Assembly: GCF_030028105.1 (NCBI RefSeq)
Contig: NC_092377.1
Coordinates: 3,849,079-3,913,078 of the forward strand
DNA length: 64,000 bases
Origin: Mobula birostris
Lineage: Eukaryota
Direction of reading: 5' to 3'
Shown: in pieces, positions 25,306 through 37,649 of the stretch
Layout of the letters: every line of letters begins with the position of its first letter
How positions within the stretch are numbered: position 1 is the stretch's first letter
The notes under the pieces: model-generated
Told to the model about the DNA's origin: nothing
What the model saw: the letters and a program-made list of their open reading frames with translations, nothing else
Database searches by the model: none
Program-made: the position numbers and the translations under genes

Positions 25306-26000
25306 CTAACTTATTAGAGGTTCTTCTGCTGATCCAACTTCTTTTGCTGGTATAGCCACCCCGAACTCTGTCACTCCTGTTTCAAGTTCCTTAGCACCAT
25401 CCGTATAAATCTGAGTATAATCACTATACTTTTCCATCACATGACGGTTAAATGCACTTACCAAATCAGTTTTATATTTTCCTTTCCTTTTTACCTCTAA
25501 CAAATGCCAGTCTACGTCAGGCCATACAAGCTTCCATGAAACTACAACCAGATAAACTACTGAAGGACTTATCCTTTGATCAAACACTCCACATTCTTTA
25601 GCAATATCATTCCCTATCTGACTAAAGTTATCCCTCTGAAACCTTCCATTTTCCCAGCACTCCTGCAACACTCCTTTTGCAGGGTGAGAATCATTGTGCA
25701 GGAATTGGGGGTGCAAGAACTCACATTAAAAAGGTTGCTGGGCATGGGTGAGAGAGCACAGGTCAGGATATTTTTAGCTTTCTTAAGGGGTACAAGTTTT
25801 TTTTAATAGGATACGATGGATAAGCAGGAATAGGGTACTAGGATGGCCAAAGATGGGAGGATAAAAGTGTAGGTTAGGGAATGTGTGTGATTGGGTGAAG
25901 GGGTTTAGAATGTACGTCTGTTGCACACTCCGGAGCAGAAGGTGGCGGAAATGCACCGTTAAGCTGGGTGCCAACCACCTTAAAACAAGACGGAGAAGAA
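25306..26000 (-). mobile_element. I/Nimb-clade LINE fragment with RNase H domain
   Basis: YTQIYTDGAKE...GVTEFGVAIP resembles the RNase H N-terminus of I-group LINEs. Confidence 0.6.
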
Positions 26001-27577
26001 GTAGACTTTGCTTGTTAGCCATGGCTGTGTCATCCTGTCTTTAGATAAATTTTCTTCCTTTGGAAGTACAGTATCTATCCTGCACCTTTTTGAATTGCTC
26101 AGAGAAACCCCAGCCAATGCTTCTCTGTTGTTATCCCTGTTTATGTTCCCTTCCAGTCAATTTTGTCCAACTCCTCTAATTCCCTTTGCCCCACTGTAAT
26201 ACTGATACATCTGACTTTAGTTTCTCCTTCTCAAATTGCGGGGTGAATTTGATCATATTATGATCTTTGGGCTGTAGGGGTCCCTTTTGACATTACACCT
26301 TTAACATGCATTTCTATCACCTATTCTGATTTATGGATCACATCATTGCTACTGCGTGAGGGTATTTTTTTCCCTCGCAGTTTCTTAGCTCAACCCACAG
26401 TAATCCTACACCTTCTCTTACTAGGCCAACTCTTTCTCATGATTTGATTTCATTTTTTTAAATCAGCAGGACCACCAAACCCCTCTGCCTACCCACCTGT
26501 CCTTTCGAATCAACGTCTATCCTTAGATGTTAAGCTCCCGGCTATAGTCATGCAGTCACGGATTAGTGATGCCCAACATCGTACATGCCAATCTGTAACT
26601 GTGCCTTAGGTTCAACTACCTCATTCTGGATACTGCTTGCATTCAAGTATAACATCTTCAGTTCTGTATTCATCACCCTTGTTCATTTTGTCCATCTTTT
26701 ACATTGCAACTTATCCCGTTGACTGCAATTTGGCCCGATCATCAGCCTCTCTTTGCCAGCAGTCTCACTACACATTCCTGTTTGTAGACCAACTACCTGA
26801 TCCTCAGCATTATCACTCTGGTTCCCATGACCCTGCCAAATTAGTTTAAACCCTCCATTACAGCTTGAGCAAACCTGTCTGCAAAGATATTGATCCCTAT
26901 CGGGTTCCTGTGTAGCTTGTCATCAGAAGAGATCTCAATGATCGATAAATCTCAATCCCTGCACCTAAAAACTCTCTTCAGGGACTGCTCACCTTGTCTA
27001 CCTCTGTCACTGGTGCCAACATGAACCAAGACTTCTGGCTGCCCCCACTCCCCCTTTAGAACACCGTGGATCCAATTTGAGACATCTCTGACCCTATCAC
27101 CTGGGAGGCAACAAATCATCTGGGTGTCTCTATCACATCCACAGAATCTCATATCTATTCCTCTGACTATGAAATCTCTGATCACCAATGCAGTCCTCTT
27201 CACCTCTCTTCTCTTCTGAGCCACAGCACCAGACTCAATGCCAGCGCCCCGGTCACTGCAGCTCCCCTCCACTAGACTGTCCGCTTTGACAGTATCCAAA
27301 GTGGATCAGGAAACCATTTGGACCAGCAGAGGACATTCAGGTTGGTGACCCAAGCTCACCATAGTTCAAAGACTTGGGAAAACCACCTGGGCCAGCAGAA
27401 GTCACTCAGCCCTGAGACACAAGCTCCCAAGGGTCAGAGACTCAGGGAAATGGCAGAGGTGACTCAATTCTGAGACACGAGTCCTCTGGGTCAGAGGCTC
27501 AGGGAAACCCTTCAGGCAGTGTCTGTCACTGAGCTTAACTCTCCCATTCTTCACACATCTCGTTGTTTGTGTTTCAG

Positions 27578-27606
27578 CCGACAATAAACCACCGTCTCGC
27601 AGCTGA
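27578..27606 (+). CDS. Probable terminal coding exon, (A)DNKPPSRS*
   Basis: Good acceptor ttgtttgtgtttcAG. Phase-1 reading gives a short tail ending at TGA 27604-06. The acceptor and 29 nt are identical in the inverted paralog (54738-54766). ATTAAA at 28025-30 is also conserved in the paralog. Linkage to the upstream exons is inferred. Confidence 0.5.
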
Positions 27607-28150
27607 ACCACAGCGGGAATCGGTCTGTGTGACCTCGGCTTGGGGGAGGAACCCTGGATGGATTTCTGCACGGACAAATTTATCAGACGTGGAAAAGTTT
27701 AAGGCCCAGATATTCTACTCATTTGATATGTGTGACAAGAATTTTACCAGAGACATCATTTGGGATGTTTCTATCAGGGGAAACCGACCATAGTGGGAGA
27801 TTGATATTGAGGGGGTGAAATGTGATCAGAGCACAGTTGTTAGAACAGCACTGGACTGGACATTCGGCCCACAATGCTGTGCTGACATTGGTGACAATTT
27901 GTACTAAATGTCCTCCTCCTGTGTATCATCCATATCCCTCCATTCCCTTCAATGTCATTTTGAACATCAGACACAGAGCAATACTGCACTGGAACAGACC
28001 CTTTGGACTTGATGTGTCAAAATAATTAAAATTTGCAATCAAATGCCCAGTGAAACTAATCATTTCTGCCCACTCAATGTCCATATCCCTCCACTTCCTG
28101 CCAGTTCATGTGTCTATCCAAGGATCTCCTGAACATCTCTGTCATATCTG

Positions 28151-29484
28151 TGTCTTAAGTTGGGGGGCAGGTGGCAGACCCAAATGCAAGACACAGACAC
28201 TGAAGTACTAGGAACAGGACAGGACTAGAGACTAGAGTTAGGGATGTGACTGGATGCAGACTAGGAGCTGGGACAAGAACACCCACTAGGGCTAGGACAT
28301 TGGCTAGGCAAGTGGGACCAGGACAAGGATCTAGGAACTAGGAGCCTGGGCTTGGAGCCGGAGACTGGACAAGGACCCAGAACCTGGGTCTTGACTCGGG
28401 CTCGGACTCCGGAACTAGGCGAAGACATGACGTGGCTACAGAACTGGGCATGGCTTGGGTACTTCATGGCTTGGGTTCCTCGAGGCGAGGACATGACAAG
28501 GCTTGGGTTCTTCGAGGCGAGGACATTACGAGTCTTGGGTTCTTCGAGGCGAGGACATGACGAGGCTTGGGTTCTTCGAGGCGAGGACATGACGAGGCTT
28601 GGGTTCGGACTCCAAGCCAGAGACTGGACAAGGACCCAGAACCTGGGTCTTGACTCGGGCTCGGACTCCGGAACTAGGTGAAGACATGACGTGGTCTTGG
28701 GAGACAGGACTAGGCGAGGTTATAGGACAGAACAACAGACTCCTGAGCAGGACAAGGGAACTCCTGGACAGGACGAAGTGCATGGACAGGTTTGGAACAC
28801 AAAGCCTTGACTTGGTACACAGGAACAGCCGAGCCTTGGACTTGGGACGACAGGAACTCAGAACACAGAGCCTTGGTCTCGAGCACGGGAACATGGAGCC
28901 TTGGACTTGAAAGACAGGAACACAGGGACATGGAACACAGAGACGGAACCCCTCCTTGGGAACAGGACTTGGGGCTGGAACTCGTACACGGAATGCAGAA
29001 CACGATGAGATGGTTCCCAACACTAGGTTGCAGCAAACAGCTGGACGTACCTAGCGAAGGCGTGGACACTGAGACAGTTCCAACTCAACAATGGACAGTT
29101 CCTTATCTTGACACAGCAAGGCTCGAATCTCGCTCTGGTGATAGAACTTGACAAGGTTGTGTTCAAGGCTCCAGACACAGATTGCTGGCAAAGGCTCCAG
29201 ATGGAAGGGGAAGGGAAGGGAAGGGAAGGGAAGGGAACAGTCCAGCCTCAGGGTAACGGCAAAGACAGCCTGACTTACCCAACAGAGCCGAAGACGGTAT
29301 ACTGCCAAGACAAACCAGCAACCACACTCAAATCCAGGACTACTTGTATTCCCAGCCCCAAGACGAGCATCAGGTGCCTAGATTATGCCCAACTGAAACA
29401 AGGGGCAGTCGGAAGACCCGGAGTCTGGAGTCCACAGACCGGACGGTAAACCGGAATGCAGACTTCACGCACTGGACCATGAAA
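28151..29484 (-). mobile_element. Solo LTR with internal tandem repeats
   Basis: Ends TGTC...ATGAAA (degenerate TG..CA). 5-bp TSD ATCTG (28146-50)/ATTTG (29485-89). The paralogous site near 54180 is empty. Contains ~30-bp repeats (28470-28600), a duplicated ~75-bp block (28361, 28621) and (GGGAA)n at about 29206-29236. Confidence 0.8.
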
Positions 29485-29672
29485 ATTTGTCTGCACCATC
29501 ACCCCGGCAGTGAATTCCAGACTCTGTTTCAGAAACTTGCCCCTCTTATCTCCTTTGAGATTACCCTCTCCCACTTTCAATGCCTGCCCTCTGGGACAAG
29601 ACATTTCACTGGTGGGGAAAAGACACTGGTATCTATCTGTGCCCCACATTATATTATATACATTAATATATT

Positions 29673-29955
29673 TGGGCACCTTGGTTGGGTAGCGGTCAGC
29701 GCGATGCTATTTCAGCTTGTGACGTTGGAGTTCAGAGTTCAATCCGGGCATCCTCTCTGAGAATTTTGTACGTCCACCCTGTGGAATGTGTGGGTTTTCC
29801 CTGGGTGCCTCGGTTTCCTCCCACAGTCCAAAGACGTATCAGAGAGGTTAATTGGTGATTGGGTTCGGGTTAAATCAGGTCTGTTGGTGGTTGCTGGTCT
29901 ACACAGGTCAATGGGCCGGAAGGGCCGACTCCACACTCTATCCGTAAATAAACAA
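29673..29955 (+). mobile_element. tRNA-derived V-SINE
   Basis: tRNA-like head, V-domain core gtgggttttccctgggtgcctcggtttcctcccacagtccaaagacgt, and (AAAC)n tail. Confidence 0.75.
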
Positions 29956-30369
29956 ACAAACTTCGAACAGTTCTCCCCTCAGCCTCCGTCACTCCAGAGG
30001 AAACAACCCTCGTCTGTCCAACATCTTCCTTCAGAACGTGGCCTCTAATCCAGGCAGCATCCTGGTGAAACTCTTCTTCACCCTCTCCAAAGTCCCCACA
30101 TCCTTCCTGTAATGGGGCAACCAGAACTCCAAATGTGACCTAACCAGAGTTTTATAGAGCTGCAACATGAAATTCTGACTCTTGAACACAAACCTTTGCC
30201 TAATAAAGGCAAGCATGACATTTGCCAATCTAAAAGACAAATGGTATGTGACCTATTAAAAAACTATCTAAAAGTCTCTCAAACTCCACCAAAACGCCTG
30301 CTTCCACAGTCACCCCTCCTAAACCCTGTCCACATACCTACTGTGTATTTCACTGTACATAAATAAATA

Positions 30370-31400
30370 CATTGCCCTTCACATCACATTATGGTTCTGG
30401 AAGACTGGGAAATTGCAAATGTAACTTCCCTCTTCAAGCAGGGAGAGAGGCAGAATCAAGGAAATTACAGGCTAGTTACTGTGATCTCTGTGGTTGGGAA
30501 GATGTTGGAGTTGATTGTTCACGATGTGGTTTTGGGGTACTTAGAGGCATATGATAAAATAGGTCATAGTCAGCATGGTTTCCTTGAGAAAATCTTGCCT
30601 GACAATCTGTTGGAAGTCTTTGAATAAACAACAAGCAGGATACACAAAGAGGAATTGGCTGACGTTGTGCACTTAGATTTTCAGAAGGCCTTTGACAAAG
30701 AGCCACAAATGAGGCTGTTTAACGAGCTCCAAAGCTCATGGTATTACAGGGAAGATACTAGCATGGTAAAAGTAGTGACTGATTGGTAGGAGGCTTTTCA
30801 GGTTGGCTTCTGGTGATTGCTGGTATTTCACAGGGGTCTGTGTTGGAGCCGATTCTTTTTACGTTATATGTCAGTGATTTGGTTGATGGAATTGGGTTTT
30901 GTTGCAAAGTTTGCAGACAATATGATGATAGGTGGAGGAGCAGGTAGTTTTGAGGAAATAGAGAGGCTACAGAAGGACTTAATCAGATAAGGAGAATAGG
31001 CAAAGAAGTGACAGATGGAATATAGTGTCGGGAAGTATATGGTCATGCACATTGGTAGAGGAAATGAAAGGGTTGACTATTTTCTAAGTGGAGTGAAAAT
31101 ACAAAATTTGAGGTGCAAAGGGACATGGGATTCCTGGTGCAGGACTTCCTAAAGCTTAATGTGCAGGTTAAGTCTGTGGTGAATATGATGTTAGCTTTGA
31201 TTTCTAGAATGTTAAAAGCAACAATGTTGAGGTTCTATAAAGCACTGGTGAGACCTCACTTAGAGTATTGTGAGCAATTTTGGGCCCCTTAACGAAGAAA
31301 GGATGTGTTGATATTGGAAAGTGTTCAAAGGAGGTTCACGGAAATTATTCCAGGTTCGAACGGCTTGTCATATGAAGCGCGTTCCGTGATTTTTGGTCTG
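30370..31400 (+). mobile_element. CR1 ORF2 fragment (duplicated copy at about 47700-48910, minus strand)
   Basis: WEIANVTSLFKQG...VISVVGKMLELIV; same 5' junction in both arms. Confidence 0.8.
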
Positions 31401-32179
31401 GTTTTAGGAGAACAATTCTATCAAAAGTGATGCTAACAGTATGGAAACTGATGAGGTGGAGTTATTGTTGAAAAATGAGAACTGGGGCAGAACGTTAATT
31501 AAACCTCCAACAACAGGGGTGTGTATTCCCTGAAAGTGGGGTCACAGGTAGACAGGGTGGTGAAGAAAGCTTTTCACCCACCAAACCACTGCAATCTGCA
31601 CAAAGTAGAGAAGGAATATTGATGACAGCACTGAGAGCCGTGAGTCTATTCACGAGGAGCACACGCCACGTATTTGTGTAGAAGGAGTGACCCCACTTCA
31701 CAAGCTACCCATCCACATCAGCACGAAGCACCTCCTACCACAGCTGTGGCAGAGTCTGCACATCATTCCCCTCAGAACACTAAGCTGGAGTGAAGACAAG
31801 TTATCCTCGAGCTTGGGCCATTCCTGAGAAAAGGCAAGTTCCGTCTCAGCTTGTCCCAACTTGTAACAACTAGTTTCAGTTCCATTCCCGACTATGATTC
31901 TGAGCTGACGTGCTGTTTGAACACGTTCCCTTCCCTTCGGGTAACGTGCAGGACCCAGTGTCAGTCCAGGTTGTGCATCAGACTGTGGGAGATCAGGGGT
32001 AGGCCACTCAGCCCCTCAGACTACCCCACTCCTCAGCATGACTAGGATGGTCTACCCCAGGCCTTTTGTCCACCGCTCTCAATTCTCTGGTCTTTCAACA
32101 ATCTGTCTGCTTTTCCTTTAACTATCCAGTGATTCAGCATCGGAAGAACAGCTTTGTTTGTACATGTGGTGGTTAAATA

Positions 32180-32560
32180 CCACCCCAGGCCAATGAGAAT
32201 CAGGCTTTAGATGATGTGAACAATGGGATCAACATGCACAAAACTGCGCATCCTAACGCCTTCACCATCATTTTGGGAGATGTTAGCCAGGCCAGTCTGG
32301 AAAAATCACTAAGCAGTTACCATCAACAGATCACTTGCAGTACCAGAGGAAACAACACACTGGACCATTGCTACACCACTATCAAGAATGCCTACCGTAC
32401 TATTCCACGCCCTCACTTTGGGAAGTCTGATCAGCTGGCTGTACTTCTACTCCCTGAGTATAGGCAGAGACTGAAGACTGCAGCATCAGCAGTGAGGACC
32501 AAGAAGATACGGACAAGGGAAGCACAGGAGCGTCTACAGGACTGCTTTGATGACTTTTGT
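32180..32560 (+). mobile_element. Rex1/Babar LINE endonuclease fragment
   Basis: TRGNNTLDHCYTTIKNAY...FGKSD...LLLPEYRQRLK. Confidence 0.75.
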
Positions 32561-33284
32561 CATGATGAGACCACTCTCAGGTCGGACATGAACTCTTCAT
32601 ACGTCATCTGGATGGCCTCCAACCTGATGGCATGAATATTGATATTTCCCCAACGTTGGTATTTCCCCTCACCCCCTTCCTTCTTCTTCAATTCCTCATG
32701 CTGACCCACCCCACCACTGCTTTATTTCTTCTCTTCTCATCTGTCTATCACCCTCTCCTGGTGCCCTTCCTCCTTCCCTTTCTCCCTTTCTCCATGGTCC
32801 ATCTCCTGTCGTATTAGGTTCCTTCTCCAGCCTTTTGCCTTTGCCACCGATCAACTCCCAGATCCTTACTCCACTGCCCCCTCCCGACTAACCTATCACC
32901 CTTCAGATTGTCCTCCTTCCCCTCCCACCACCTTTCACCTTTAACTCATGACCTCTAGTTCCAGTTTCACCCAACCTCAGTGAAAAAGGCCTATTTGCAT
33001 TTACTCGATCATTTACTCCACATTATTTTGTATGCCTATATTTACTTCAAGAATTATGACTATATATATTTCCTAATAATAAAGAATTATGGGTAATTAT
33101 GTGAGTCACATGCAGAATTCCAGAATTCCTGAAGATATGTTACCATTATTTTCCCTTTAAACAATATTCCTTTCTTTGACATGTTTACACTCAGCCCATT
33201 TTCACCAGCACTCTGTACAAGCTGTCCCAGGTATCTGGGGCTGAAATCCTGATCTGCTTCCCTTCCAGACTGATTGATTTAAAT

Positions 33285-34993
33285 GTCGTGAGGGTGGAGC
33301 CCTCACGTACCATCGGAAAAATAATAATGGGGGACAAGGAGATGGCAGCTGAACTAAATGAGTATTTTGCATCAGTCTGCACTGTGGAAGATGCTAGCAG
33401 TGTGCCAGACGTTGAAAGGTGTGAGGGAAGAGAAATAACTACAGTTACTGTTACAAGGGAGAATGTGCTTGAAAAGCTGCAAGCCCTAAGGATACATAAG
33501 TCACCTGGACCAGATGAACTGTAACAATGGTTCTGAAAGAGGTAGCAGTATATATTTTGGAGGCATTAGTAATGAGCTTTCAACAATCATTGGACTCTGG
33601 CATGGCACCAGGGGACTGAAAAACTGGAAATATCACTCCACTCTTTAAGAAAGAAGGAAGGCAGCAGAAAGGAAATTATAGACCAGTTAGCCTGACCTCT
33701 GTGGTTCAGAAGATGTTGGAATCAATTGTTAAGGATGAGGTTATGGAGTACTTGGTGACACAGGACAAAGTAGGACAAAGTCAGCATGGTTTCTTGAAGG
33801 GAAAATCTTGCCTGACGAACCTGTTGTAATTCTTTGAGGAAATTACAAGTCCGATAGACTAAGGGGATGTAGTGGATGTTGTATATTTGGACTTTCAGAA
33901 GGCCTTTGACAAGGTGCCACACATGAAGCTGCTTACCAAGTTAAGAGCCCACGGCATTTCAGGAAAATTACTGGCATGGTTAGAGCATTGGCTGATTGGT
34001 AGGAGGCAGTGAGTGGGAATAAAAGGATCTGTGGCTGCCAGTAACTAGTGGTGTTCTGCAGGGGTCGGTGTTGGGACCACTTCTTTTTATGCTGTATATC
34101 AATGATTTAGATGGTGGAAATTTTGTCAGATGATATGAAGATTCATGGTGGGCCAGGACATGGACAGATTATGAGAGTGGGCAAGAAAGTGGCAAATGAA
34201 ATGTAATGTTGGAAAATGCATGGTCATACATTTTGGTAGTAGAAATAAATATACAGCCTACTTTCTAAACAGAGAGAAAATCCAGAAGTCTGAGATGCAA
34301 AGGGAGGTGGGAGGTTAACTTGCAGATGGAGTTGATAATGAGGAAGGCAAATGCAGTGTTAACATTCATTTCAAGAGATCTAGAATACAAGAGCAAGGAT
34401 GTGATGCTGAGGCTTTATAAGGTCACTGGTGAGGCCTCACCTTGAGTATTGTGAACAGTTCTGGGCTCCTCATCTTAGAAAATATGTGCTGGCATTGGAG
34501 AGGGTTCAGAGGAGGTTCACAAGGATGATTGCAGGAATGAAAGGGTTATCATACGAGGGAAGTTTGATGGCTCTGGGTCTGCACGTGCTGGAATACAGAA
34601 GGATGAGGGGGGATCTCACTGAAACCTTTCAAATGTTGAAAGGACTAGACAGAGTAGATGTGGAAAGGATGTTTCCCATGGTGGGGGGGGGTCTAGGTCA
34701 AGAGGGCACAGCTTCAGGATAGAGGGGCATCCATTTAAAACAGAGATGCAGAGAAATTTCTTTAGCCAGGGGAGGTAAATTTGTTGAATTTGTTACCACA
34801 GGCAGCTCTGGGGGACAAGTCGTTGGGTGTATTTAGCTTGATCAGTTCTTGTTATGTGGTATCATCATTATGAGGAGAAGGCTGGGGAGTGAGACTGAGG
34901 AGGTGAAAAAAGGATCAACTGTGACTGAATTGCAGAGCAGTCTCAATGGGCCAAATGGCCTAATTCTGTCCTGTGGCTCATGGTCTTATGGTC
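33285..34993 (+). mobile_element. Degenerate CR1 ORF2 with 3' tail
   Basis: ORFs 33288-33524 and 34429-34722; tail ctcatggtcttatggtcc. Confidence 0.88.
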
Positions 34994-35530
34994 CTGACAC
35001 TTCAGACTGCAGATGTCACCCAAGACACAGTGAGATACAACCAGTTCATTACATTGCACGGGTCCGTATTCTCTCCCTTCTTGCTGGATCTTGCTGTACG
35101 TCAGATGCTTGAGTTTTACCAACGACAGTGACCGCACTAAAAGTACTTTTAGATCCTGCTTATTGGATCTTCCTCTCAAAACACGATGTAAACGTTGTGT
35201 AGGTTGGGGGCATTCACTTAGTTGGCCATTTGATTACTTATTTATTTGGTTCAGCACAACATTAAGGGCCAAAGAGCCTCTTCCTGTGCTGTACTGTTCG
35301 ATATTTTATTAAACCACCCCACCCCCCCCATTCAGACTCTTCATTAACATTGGATTCTCCATTCTCACACCGTGAATTATCCAGATATTGAAGGCAATGT
35401 GCTCTGAGAGGAAAGGTCTCGACCTGAAATGTCAACTGTCCGTTTCTCTCCTCCGACGCTGCCTGAACGCTGAGCTCCTGCTTGGTGTGTGTGGCTCTGG
35501 TGGAAGGGGAGTGTTTGTCATACAGCCCAA

Positions 35531-35549
35531 TGGCCACCAGAGGGCAGTG
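35531..35549 (+). promoter_or_regulatory. Candidate CTCF binding site
   Basis: TGGCCACCAGAGGGCAGTG closely matches the vertebrate CTCF core consensus TGGCCACCAGGGGGCGCTA, with commonly tolerated substitutions. Confidence 0.6.
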
Positions 35550-37359
35550 GCGATCCATCATCCCACTCAAACTGGAAGGGTGGGTGCATTTCTGCCCCGA
35601 CAATGGCGGGACCCTGAGACACACTGACCCACAGAAAGCCTCAACAGGCCAATAGCACAAAGCAGCACAATCAGAATCAGGTTTAATATCACTGGCTTAT
35701 GGTGTGACATTTGTTGTTATGTGGCAGCAGTACATGGCAAGCTGTAATTAAAAATACTGTGATTTATAGTTAAATTAAATAAGTAGTGTAAAAAGAGTCA
35801 AAAATGTAGTGAGGTAGTGTTTATGGGTTCCATGTCCATTCAGAAATCTGAAGACAGAGAGAAAGAACCTGTTCTTGAATAATTGAGTCGGTGCCTTCAG
35901 GATCCTGGTAGCAACGAGAAGTCAGCATGTCCTGTTGATAGAAACATAGAAAACCTACAACACAATACAGGCCCTTCGGCCCACAAAGTTGTGCTGAACA
36001 TGTCCCTACCTTAGAAATTACTAGCGTTACCCATAGCCCTCTATTTTTCTAAGCTCTGTGTTCCTATCCAAAAGTCTCTTAAAAGACCCTATCGTATCCG
36101 CCTCCACCACCGTTGCCAGCAGCCCATTCCACGCACTCACCACTGTCTGCGTAAAAAACTTACCCCTGACACCTCCTCTGTACCTACTCCCCAGCACCTT
36201 AAATCTGATAGGGGATGGGAAAATAATCTTGTTCTATGCCCTGTAATCATGAAACTAATCTTGTTCCAACGAATCTGAATCTATGTTATTCTATCTCGTT
36301 AATAGAAGGACGTCCCTTTAGAACAGAGATCAGGAGGAATTTCTTTAGCCAGAGAGTGATGAATCTGTAGAATTCATTACCACAGACGGCTGTGGAGACC
36401 AAGCCATTCAGTATAATTAAAGCGGAGTTTGAGAGGTCCTTGATTAATTGGGGTGTCAAAGGTTACAGACAGAAGGCAGGAGAATAGTATAGAGAGAGAT
36501 AATAATAGACAGAGATAATAAATCAGACATGATAGAATGGTGGAGCAGACTCAATGGGCTGAATGGCCTAACTCTGTTCTTGTGTTTTATAGTCTAATGG
36601 TCTTATAACAAGACCATCAGCATTATCACAGGAAAGCAGCATCTATCATCAGGGACTCCCATACCTAAGACATGCTCTCTTCTCGATACTACCATCAGGC
36701 AGGAGGTACAGGAGCCTCAGGACTCACACCACCAGGTTCAGGAACAGTTATTACCCCACAACCATCAGGAGAAGGTACAGGAGCCTCAGGACCCACACCA
36801 CCAGGTTCAGGAACAGTTATTACCCCTCAACCATCAGGCTCCTGAACCAGAGGGCATAACTTCACTCAACACATCATTGAAATGATCCCACAAACTATGA
36901 ACTCACTTTCAAGGAGTTTTCATCTCACATTCTTGATATTTATTGCTTACTTATTTATTATTATTATTTCTTTTTTTCTTTTTGCATTTACAGTTTGTTG
37001 TCTTTTGTACACTGGTTGAACGCCCAAGTTGGTGCAATCTTTCATTGATTCTATTATGGTTATTACTCCATTATGGATTTATTGAGTATGCCCACAAGTA
37101 AATGAATCTCAGGGTTGTATATGGTCTCGTATCTGTACTTTGATAATAAGTTGACTGTGCACTTTGAACAAGGTATATTGTATTCTCGGTGTCTGAAAAC
37201 AAATCAGAATCTGGTTTATTATCACCGGCATGTGACATGGAATTTGTTAACTTCGCAGCAGCAGTTCAAAGCAATACATAATATAGAAGAAAAAAAACAA
37301 AATAAAATAATAATAATAAATAAATAAGTCAGTTAATTACGGTATATGTAGATTGAATA

Positions 37360-37648
37360 TTGGCCGAGTGGTTAAGGTGTTGGTCTAGTGATCTGAAGGT
37401 TGCTAGTTCGAGCCTCAGCTGAGGCAGCGTGTTGTGTCCTTGAGCAAGGCACTTAACCACACTTTGCTCTGCGACGACACCGGTGCCAAGCTGTATCGGC
37501 CCTAGTACCCTTCCCTTGGACAACATCGGTGGCGTGGAGAGGCATGAGCATGAGCAACTGCCAGTCTTCCATACAACCTTGCCCAGGCCTGTGCCCTGGA
37601 AACCTTCCAAGGTGCAAATCCATGGTCTCACAAGACTAATGGATGCCA
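37360..37648 (+). mobile_element. tRNA-derived CORE-like SINE
   Basis: A box TGGCCGAGTGG (37361-71), B box AGTTCGAGCC (37405-14), CORE-like tgtgtccttgagcaaggcacttaacc, and ATTGAATA flanking both ends. Confidence 0.7.
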
Positions 37649-37649
37649 A

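Larger units (their letters stand above)
22600..27300 (-). mobile_element. Fragmented CR1 (3' end to ORF1) with nested insertions
   Basis: Minus-strand CR1 motifs in ORFs 23079-23360, 24731-25027 and 26952-27299. Confidence 0.75.
21060..31793 (+). repeat. Arm A of an inverted segmental duplication
   Basis: Blocks match 38790-64000 on the opposite strand, including repeat-to-repeat junctions: 21060-21600/63620-64000, 22365-22800/63120-63560, 27285-28150/54180-55020, 29485-29760/53896-54180, 29940-31370/47700-49354, 31455-31793/38790-39128. Confidence 0.85.

Noticed and set aside
27563-27793. 76-aa ORF shared with 54470-54781 as a long coding exon
   Set aside because: It is the phase-0 reading, but the upstream donor is phase 1; the stop position differs between paralogs and no domain is recognisable.
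28261-29151. Several overlapping 100-165 aa ORFs
   Set aside because: Low-complexity internal repeats of a solo LTR.
37360-37430. tRNA gene
   Set aside because: A and B boxes are followed by a CORE-like SINE body, and no full cloverleaf is evident.
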